Source: Burkholderiales bacterium
Lineage (GTDB): Bacteria > Pseudomonadota > Gammaproteobacteria > Burkholderiales > SG8-39
Length of the DNA stretch: 64,000 nucleotides
Reading direction: 5' to 3'
Assembly (NCBI GenBank): GCA_035499575.1
Contig: DATJYN010000115.1
Coordinates: 16,221 to 80,220 of the forward strand
Shown here: piece after piece, positions 58,333 to 64,000 of the stretch
Layout: every line of letters starts with the position of its first letter
Position numbering within the stretch: position 1 is the stretch's first letter
Made by a program: the position numbers and the translations under genes
Notes under the pieces: generated by a model
The model's database searches: none
Told to the model about the DNA's origin: nothing
The model's input: only the letters and a program-made list of their open reading frames with translations

Positions 58333-59111
58333 ACCTCACCACCCGGTGCCCGAATTGCGGTACCGCCTTCCGCGTGGCGCCTGCGCAGCTTTCCGCGCGC
58401 GGCGGGAAGGTTCGCTGCGGCAAATGCGGCCACGTCTTCGACGGTGTGAACTCTCTGGTAGCGGAAGGACCAGTGACCGCCGGCAGCGCGCCGCTAGAGG
58501 AAAGCGAGCCCTCGCCCCAGCTTGGATTGTTCGAGGCCGCGAAGAAGTTGCCGGCCATGCCCGGCGCGGGCGACGCGGCCAACGAGGATGCGGCGGGGCC
58601 GGGATTTCTCGACAACGCGCCGCCCCCCAGGCGGCGCGTCGCCTGGGCACTGGCGGCGGCACTGGCGCTCGTCGCGCTGCTGGCGCAGGCGACATACCAG
58701 TTCCGCACCGAGATCGCGGTGCTGCTGCCCGCAACGCGGCCGCAGTTGCAAGCCGCGTGTGCGGCGCTCGGCTGCGAGCTGCGGCTGCCGCGCCGGCCCA
58801 GGCTGATGGCAATCGAATCCTCCGACCTGCAGGCCGACGGGCAGCGCGAGAACGTCATCGTGCTGAATGCCGTGCTGCGTAACCAGGCGCCGTTCGCGCA
58901 GGAGTATCCGTCCCTCGAACTCACGCTTACCGACGAACGGGACGAGGCCGTGGCGCGACGCGTGCTCTCGCCCGCAGACTACTTGGGCGGCCCGGCGGCG
59001 GGAGTCGTCGCGCGCGGCATCGGCCCTGGCGCGGATGCGGTATTGCACGTCTACATCGACACCAGCGGGCTGCGCGCCGTCGGCTATCGCATGTACCTGT
59101 TCTTTCCATGA
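58329..59111 (+). CDS. Zinc-ribbon (MJ0042-type) plus DUF3426-like membrane protein
   Basis: The ATG at 58329 overlaps the prmA TGA. MNLTTRCPNCGTAFRV...VRCGKCGHVF zinc ribbon, one TM segment and a C-terminal beta domain. Confidence 0.8.
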   Translation: MNLTTRCPNCGTAFRVAPAQLSARGGKVRCGKCGHVFDGVNSLVAEGPVTAGSAPLEESEPSPQLGLFEAAKKLPAMPGAGDAANEDAAGPGFLDNAPPPRRRVAWALAAALALVALLAQATYQFRTEIAVLLPATRPQLQAACAALGCELRLPRRPRLMAIESSDLQADGQRENVIVLNAVLRNQAPFAQEYPSLELTLTDERDEAVARRVLSPADYLGGPAAGVVARGIGPGADAVLHVYIDTSGLRAVGYRMYLFFP

Positions 59112-59127
59112 CAAGGGAGTGCCGCGA

Positions 59128-60063
59128 TTGAAGACGCTGGTCACCGGTTCTATGGCATACGACACAATCATGGTGTTCCCGGACCGCTTCCGGAACCACC
59201 TGCTTGCCGATCAGCTGCATATCCTGAATGTCTGTTTCCTCACGCCGCAGATGCGCCGCGAGTACGGCGGCACCGCGGGTAACGTCGCCTACAACCTGAA
59301 GCTGCTCGGCGGCGATCCGGTCCTGATGGCGACAGTCGGCGAGGACATCGAGCCTTATTTCGCACGCCTCGATGCGCTCGGCATCGAGCGCGCGCATCTG
59401 AAGCGCATCGGCGGCGAATTCACCGCGCAGGCTTTCATCACCACCGACCTGGACGACAACCAGATCACTGCCTTCCATCCCGGGGCGATGAACCATGCGC
59501 ATGAGAACCGCATCACGGCCGCCCTGGGAGCGAAGCTCGCCATCGTGTCGCCGGACGGCAAGGAAGGCATGCAGCAGCATGCGCGCCAGTGCGCCGAGCT
59601 GGGCCTCCCTTTCGTATTCGATCCGGGCCAGGGCCTGCCGATGTTTTCCGGCGACGAACTGAACGAATTCATACAGCTCGCCGACTATGTCGCAGTCAAT
59701 GACTACGAAGGCAAGCTGCTGGAAGACAAGACCGGGCGCAAACTCACGGACATCGCGCGCGAGGTGGAGGCGCTGGTGGTGACGCTCGGCGCGCAAGGCT
59801 CGCAGATTTTCGCGGCAGGAAAACGCATTGACATCCCGCAAGTCGCCGCGGACGCGGTGGTCGACCCAACCGGCTGCGGCGATGCCTACCGCGCCGGCCT
59901 GCTCTACGGCATCGGCAAGGGCTGGGACTGGGAGAGCACCGGGCGCCTGGGCTCGCTGATGGGCGCGATCAAGATTGCGCAGCGTGGGCCGCAGAACCAC
60001 AAGCCCCCGCAGGATGAAATCTCGGAACGCTACCGGAAAGCATTCGGCGCCTCGCCGTTCTAG
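59128..60063 (+). CDS. PfkB-family carbohydrate/nucleoside kinase
   Basis: TTG start at 59128 preceded by AAGGGAG. PfkB signature DPTGCGDAYRAG. 311 aa. Confidence 0.85.
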   Translation: MKTLVTGSMAYDTIMVFPDRFRNHLLADQLHILNVCFLTPQMRREYGGTAGNVAYNLKLLGGDPVLMATVGEDIEPYFARLDALGIERAHLKRIGGEFTAQAFITTDLDDNQITAFHPGAMNHAHENRITAALGAKLAIVSPDGKEGMQQHARQCAELGLPFVFDPGQGLPMFSGDELNEFIQLADYVAVNDYEGKLLEDKTGRKLTDIAREVEALVVTLGAQGSQIFAAGKRIDIPQVAADAVVDPTGCGDAYRAGLLYGIGKGWDWESTGRLGSLMGAIKIAQRGPQNHKPPQDEISERYRKAFGASPF

Positions 60064-60494
60064 GTTGCCGTTCCCCCAGTAAGCCCGAGGTCGCAGCCGG
60101 CGATGCGCCAGGCACCATCCTTCTGCTTTTCCATGTGGTAGCGCGCGAGCCAGAGCCTGCCGGCGGCGTCCACCATCCGGACCTGTTGCAGAACCTCGCC
60201 GTCGAGCGCGGTGGGCGGCAAAAAATCCACCGAGGCAGGCCGGTAAACGACCGGGTAGCTGCTGCGCACCATCTCCATGAAGCTATCGGCATCGCCGAAC
60301 TGCTCGCGGATATCGGCACTGGCGTACGAAAACGCCTTCGGGCCGTCCTCATGCGCAAACGCGTCGAGCTGCGCCCGGATCACGGCGCGTATCGCGCGGG
60401 AATCGCCGGCGCTCACTTGCGCATCGGCGCCGAAGGCCAGGAACGGCAAAATAAGGCACAGCACCGCGATTAACCTAGGCAGCATCTGCATCAC
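60060..60494 (-). CDS. Secreted DUF4864-like (NTF2-like) protein
   Basis: 144 aa with a signal peptide (LILPFLAFGADA). ATGA overlap with the upstream HIT gene. Its 3' end overlaps the convergent pfkB-family gene by 4 nt. Confidence 0.68.
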   Translation of the reverse strand: MMQMLPRLIAVLCLILPFLAFGADAQVSAGDSRAIRAVIRAQLDAFAHEDGPKAFSYASADIREQFGDADSFMEMVRSSYPVVYRPASVDFLPPTALDGEVLQQVRMVDAAGRLWLARYHMEKQKDGAWRIAGCDLGLTGGTAT

Positions 60495-60901
60495 AGTTCT
60501 CCCCGGATCAGGCCGGCATATTCCTCGAGCTTACCGCGCGGCGGATTCTTCACCGGCCAGGTGAGTTCCATGCCGTCGCCCGCGTGGCGCGGCAGCAGGT
60601 GTACGTGGTAGTGAAATACCGTCTGCCCGGCTGCCTTGCCGTTCGCCTGGTAAACGGAGAGCCCCTCGGGCTTGAACGCATTCTGAATCGCCATTGAAAT
60701 CTTTACGCATGTGCGCGCAACCGCAGCGGCCTGCGCCTCATGGAGTTCATGCAGATAAGACGCATGCTTCTTCACCGCCACGAGCACGTGACCGGGATTG
60801 ACCTGGCCGATGTCCATGAAGGCGAGGGTGAGTTCGTCCTCGAACACCCGCGTAGACGGGATTTGCCCCGCGACGATTTTGCAGAATACGCAATCGCTCA
60901 T
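60491..60901 (-). CDS. HIT-family nucleotide hydrolase/transferase
   Basis: 136 aa with the histidine triad HYHVHLLP and N-terminal CVFCKI. Confidence 0.9.
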   Translation of the reverse strand: MSDCVFCKIVAGQIPSTRVFEDELTLAFMDIGQVNPGHVLVAVKKHASYLHELHEAQAAAVARTCVKISMAIQNAFKPEGLSVYQANGKAAGQTVFHYHVHLLPRHAGDGMELTWPVKNPPRGKLEEYAGLIRGEL

Positions 60902-61716
60902 TCCGTGCCTCCCGCTCGCTGGTACCCGGGCGAAGATACCTGCGCGAGCCAGCGGTCTTCAAGCCGCAGCGCCGTGAGCGCGCCGCCCCAGACGCAGCCC
61001 GTATCTAGCCCGGCGGCCTGGCCCGCCAGGATCAACCCGCGCGCCGACCAATGACCGAAGACAATGGCCTTTTCATCCTGTCGACCTTCATACCAGCCCC
61101 GGTAGCCGGCCGGCGCGGTCTTGCCGGAGGACTGAAATTCCATTTCGCCCTCCGGCGTGCAGTAGCGCATGCGCGTCATAGCGTTGACGATCACGCGCAG
61201 CCGATCCCAGCCGGACAGCGAAGCCTCCCAGCGCGCGGGCTTGCTGCCGTACATGTTGGCGAGAAAATCGCGGTAGCTCGCCGCGCGCAAGGCAGATTCC
61301 ACTTCATTCGCCAACGACAAAGCATTGGTAATATTCCACTGCGGCAACAGTCCCGCGTGCACCATCGCCCAGTTTCCCTCGGCGTGCATCATCGGCCGCG
61401 CGCGCAGCCAGTCGACGAGTTCCCCGGCGTCCGGTGCGCCGAGCACGTCGTCAAACGTGTCGTCCCTGCGCTTGCGCTCGAAGCCTTCGTATTGAGTGAT
61501 CAGGTGCAGGTCGTGGTTGCCGAGCACGGCGAGCGCCCGGTCGCCCAGTTGTCGCACGAAACGCAGCACCGCAAGCGACTTCGGGCCGCGATTGACCAGG
61601 TCGCCCACGAACCATAGCCGGTCGTGCGCCTGGTTGAATCCCACGCGCGCAAGCAACGCCTGCAACTCGTCGAAGCAGCCCTGCACATCGCCGATTGCGT
61701 AGGTCGCCATCGGCAC
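60898..61716 (-). CDS. apaH: Bis(5'-nucleosyl)-tetraphosphatase, symmetrical
   Basis: 272 aa with metallophosphoesterase motifs GDVQGC, GDLVNRGP and GNHD. Confidence 0.93.
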   Translation of the reverse strand: MPMATYAIGDVQGCFDELQALLARVGFNQAHDRLWFVGDLVNRGPKSLAVLRFVRQLGDRALAVLGNHDLHLITQYEGFERKRRDDTFDDVLGAPDAGELVDWLRARPMMHAEGNWAMVHAGLLPQWNITNALSLANEVESALRAASYRDFLANMYGSKPARWEASLSGWDRLRVIVNAMTRMRYCTPEGEMEFQSSGKTAPAGYRGWYEGRQDEKAIVFGHWSARGLILAGQAAGLDTGCVWGGALTALRLEDRWLAQVSSPGYQRAGGTE

Positions 61717-61725
61717 CGACTATAG

Positions 61726-63225
61726 CTAAAAACTCGCGTCCAGCCGCCGATATTGGATGGCTTCGGCAATGTGGGCCGCGCGAACCGCAGTGTCGCCGGC
61801 CAGATCGGCAATTGTTCGCGCGACGCGCAGCACCCGGTGATAAGCCCTCGCCGAGAGCAACAAGCGCGCAAGGGCGTGGCGCAACAGCTGGTCGCCCTCC
61901 TTGTCGGTACCGCAGTATCGATCGATCTCGCGCGTGCCGAGCAGCGCGTTCGAAGTGCCCTGCCGTTCGAGCTGGCGCCGGTGTGCGCCGAAAACCCGCG
62001 CGCGGATCGCTTCGCTCGATTCGGTGGCGCCGGGCGCCATCAGGTCGGCGTCGCGCGGCGCCGGGACTTCAAGCTTGATGTCGACCCGGTCGGCTAGCGG
62101 TCCCGAGACGCGGCCGCGATAGCGCGCGATGCGCTCGGGCGTGCAGCGGCAGCGCCCGGCGGGCGAACCGCAGTGGCCGCAGGGACAGGGATTCATTGCC
62201 GCGACCAGCTGGAAGCGCGCCGGGAACTGCGACTGGCGCGCGGCGCGCGAAATGGACACCTTGCCGGATTCCAGCGGCTCGCGCAGCGATTCAAGCACGT
62301 CGCGGTCGAATTCGGGCAGTTCGTCCAGGAACAGCACGCCGCGGTGCGCGAGCGAAATCTCCCCCGGCCGCGGCAGCGCGCCGCCGCCGACCATCGCGGC
62401 ACCCGAAGCGCTGTGGTGCGGCGCGCGATAAGGCCGTTCGCCCCAGCGCGCGGCTTCGAAACCTGCCGCCGACACGGAATGGATCGCCGCCACTTCGAGC
62501 GCTTCGTTCTCGTTCATCGGCGGCAGGATTCCCGGGAATCGCGCCGCCAGCATCGACTTGCCGGTGCCCGGCGGCCCGATCATCAGTACGCTGTGGCCGC
62601 CGGCAGCAGCGACTTCGAGCGCGCGCTTGGCTTGCGGCTGGCCCTTCACCTCGGAAAAGTCCGGGTAGGCATGCGCCGGCACAGCGGTCAGCGCTTCGTA
62701 GCGCGGCAGCTTCGCTTCGCCGCACAAATGCGCCACGACTTCCAGCAGGGTCCTTGCCGGCAGCACTTGCGCGCCCTCGGCGAGGGCGGCCTGTGGCGCG
62801 TTCTGCTCTGGCAGCACGAACGCGCGCGCCGACGCTCTTGCCTGCAGCGCCATTGCCAGAGCGCCGCGTACCGGCCGCAATTCGCCGGTAAGCGAGAGTT
62901 CGCCGGCAAACTCATGCGCCGCCAGCGCTTCCGGCACGATCTGCCCGCTCGCCGCCAGGATACCGATGGCGATCGGCAGGTCGAAGCGGCCCGAGTCCTT
63001 CGGCAGGTCTGCCGGCGCGAGGTTCACCGTGATGCGGCGCGCAGGGAATTCAAATTGCGTATGGTTGAGCGCGGCGCGCACGCGGTCCTTCGCCTCGCGC
63101 ACCTCGGTGTCGGGCAGGCCGACGATGGTGAACGAAGGCAATCCCGGCCCGAGGTGCACTTCCACGGCCACTTCGGGCGCATCGATACCCGCGAGCGCTC
63201 GGCTCGCAACGGTTGCCAGCGACAT
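61726..63225 (-). CDS. comM: YifB/ComM family Mg-chelatase-like AAA+ ATPase
   Basis: Start at MSLATVASRALAG (CAT 63223-63225) after SD GGAGG. Walker A GPPGTGKS and a Cys-rich insert CPCGHCGSPAGRCRC. Confidence 0.93.
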   Translation of the reverse strand: MSLATVASRALAGIDAPEVAVEVHLGPGLPSFTIVGLPDTEVREAKDRVRAALNHTQFEFPARRITVNLAPADLPKDSGRFDLPIAIGILAASGQIVPEALAAHEFAGELSLTGELRPVRGALAMALQARASARAFVLPEQNAPQAALAEGAQVLPARTLLEVVAHLCGEAKLPRYEALTAVPAHAYPDFSEVKGQPQAKRALEVAAAGGHSVLMIGPPGTGKSMLAARFPGILPPMNENEALEVAAIHSVSAAGFEAARWGERPYRAPHHSASGAAMVGGGALPRPGEISLAHRGVLFLDELPEFDRDVLESLREPLESGKVSISRAARQSQFPARFQLVAAMNPCPCGHCGSPAGRCRCTPERIARYRGRVSGPLADRVDIKLEVPAPRDADLMAPGATESSEAIRARVFGAHRRQLERQGTSNALLGTREIDRYCGTDKEGDQLLRHALARLLLSARAYHRVLRVARTIADLAGDTAVRAAHIAEAIQYRRLDASF

Positions 63226-63233
63226 GAAAACCT

Positions 63234-63256
63234 CCGCAGCGAACAACGCGCTGCGG
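63234..63256 (-). terminator. Hairpin after ubiK overlapping the comM Shine-Dalgarno sequence
   Basis: CCGCAGCG (63234-63241) / CGCTGCGG (63249-63256), 8-bp stem. On the minus strand it is followed by AGGTTTTC-ATG, so the 3' arm shares 2 nt with the comM SD GGAGG (63231-63235). Confidence 0.35.
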
Positions 63257-63284
63257 CGCATCCAGGTTTACGCGTCGCGAAGGC

Positions 63285-63521
63285 TTATGGTTTACGGGCT
63301 TCTAGTTCTGCGATGCGGGCTTCGAGCGCCACGAGTTTCGCTTGCGCGCGCTCAAGCAGCTTCCTGTGGACGTCCAGGTCTTCGCGCGTGGCAAGGTCAA
63401 AACGGTCGAAAAAAGCGCCCAGCAGCGCATGCAGGTTTTTCTCGATGTCCCGAGCAGGCGAATCGCGCAAAGCTTCCGAGACGCGGCGCCGCAGATCTTC
63501 GAGCGGATTGGATTCGGTCAT
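63285..63521 (-). CDS. ubiK: Ubiquinone biosynthesis accessory factor UbiK (BMFP family)
   Basis: Start at the internal Met MTESNPLEDLRRRV. 78-aa coiled-coil protein (DLATREDLDVHRKLLERAQAKLVALEARIAELE). The upstream part of the track ORF is rejected. Confidence 0.75.
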   Translation of the reverse strand: MTESNPLEDLRRRVSEALRDSPARDIEKNLHALLGAFFDRFDLATREDLDVHRKLLERAQAKLVALEARIAELEARKP

Positions 63522-63574
63522 TGCGGTCGAGGTTACAGGATCGTGCAACCGGCTGAAAAATCCCCCCACGTCCT

Positions 63575-63622
63575 TGCACCTTTGTAAGGCAGGCGGAGGT
63601 GCGGATGCCCCAGTTCGGTGCA
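63575..63622 (+). promoter_or_regulatory. Pair of NtrC-like enhancer sites
   Basis: TGCCCCAGTTCGGTGCA (63606-63622) matches TGCACC-N5-GGTGCA at 11 of 12 positions. A weaker site, TGCACCTTTGTAAGGCA (63575-63591), is centred 31 bp upstream, about three helical turns. Both lie 60-110 bp upstream of the sigma-54 element. Confidence 0.5.
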
Positions 63623-63683
63623 AGTCGGGGATGGGGAGTTCCCACAGCCGACGCAACTATCTGATATTCAAGCCCAAATGAGC

Positions 63684-63699
63684 TGGCACACGACGTGCT
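63684..63699 (+). promoter_or_regulatory. Sigma-54 -24/-12 promoter upstream of the porin gene
   Basis: TGGCACACGACGTGCT has -24 TGGCAC and -12 TGCT at the consensus spacing. It lies 40 nt upstream of the ATG at 63739, with SD GGAG at 63727-63730. Confidence 0.6.
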
Positions 63700-63738
63700 A
63701 AGAAGCTGTGCCGACTATCCATTCATGGAGATTTCCTA

Positions 63739-64000
63739 ATGCGTAAGACGATCCTTGCAGCTTCCTTGGCCACCGCAGCGTTCGCGGTTCCTCAACTCGC
63801 GCTGGCTCAAGCCGCCGCCCCGGCAGCGGCCCCGGCGCCGACCCCGGACTACACGGTAACCGGCAACGTCGGCGTGTTCAGCAGCTACCGGTTTCGCGGC
63901 ATCGCGCAGACCTACGACGAGCCGGCCATTCAAGGCGGCCTCGACTTCAGCCACGTAAGCGGCTTCTATGTGGGCAACTGGGACTCCAACGTCAACCAGG
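63739..64000 (+). CDS. TorF-family putative outer-membrane porin, N-terminal fragment (3' end outside window)
   Basis: Signal peptide MRKTILAASLATAAFAVPQLALA, then YTVTGNVGVFSSYRFRGIAQTYDEPAIQGGLDFSH..GFYVGNWDSN, typical of this beta-barrel family as recalled. Confidence 0.7.
   Translation, partial: MRKTILAASLATAAFAVPQLALAQAAAPAAAPAPTPDYTVTGNVGVFSSYRFRGIAQTYDEPAIQGGLDFSHVSGFYVGNWDSNVNQ

Noticed and set aside
62173-63681. 502-aa plus-strand ORF antisense to comM and ubiK
   Set aside because: The product is Arg-rich and low-complexity. The opposite strand encodes a full-length ComM with a Walker A motif.

Overview
High-GC (roughly two-thirds G+C by eye), very gene-dense chromosomal segment whose gene content and synteny look betaproteobacterial (Rhodocyclales/Burkholderiales-like; this is an inference, no search was run). 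I support 69 protein-coding genes, two of them truncated at the window edges. I found no rRNA, tRNA, CRISPR array, transposase or integrase. The genes are almost all housekeeping: mreB(C-term)-mreC-mreD-mrdA-rodA; aceA; yggT-proC-yggS divergent from pilT-pilU; a ferredoxin-hydrolase-hemJ-methyltransferase string; a thrB-to-ubiB string containing DUF971-ubiE-Tim44-ubiJ-ubiB; polA; lipA-lipB-ybeD-dat-dac-rlpA; yqgE-ruvX-pyrR-pyrB-pyrC'; thiD-thiE-hemL; mgtE-mtgA-aroE; mpl; aroQ-accB-accC-prmA; apaH; comM; ubiK. Many neighbouring genes overlap by 1-4 nt (ATGA/GTGA), so much of the window reads as long, translationally coupled operons. The many long antisense or out-of-frame ORFs in the track are GC-driven artefacts. 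I do not see a clear, self-contained novel multi-gene system, and this is mainly an ordinary core region. The best second-look items are listed here. (1) A sensor histidine kinase is co-transcribed with a Hanks-type Ser/Thr kinase carrying two C-terminal receiver domains. (2) A 535-aa protein has a C-terminal PilZ-like signature and is coupled to a polytopic membrane protein of unknown function. (3) A secreted two-EF-hand plus BON protein sits behind a perfect sigma-54 promoter. (4) A GT41 (eukaryotic-OGT-like) TPR glycosyltransferase is translationally coupled to thiD-thiE-hemL. (5) hemJ is embedded in a coupled string with a thioredoxin-like [2Fe-2S] ferredoxin. (6) Two low-GC3 patches start and stop inside genes (mpl; tlpA-aroQ), suggesting recombination mosaics. 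All family names are from recalled motifs and synteny, not from database searches.
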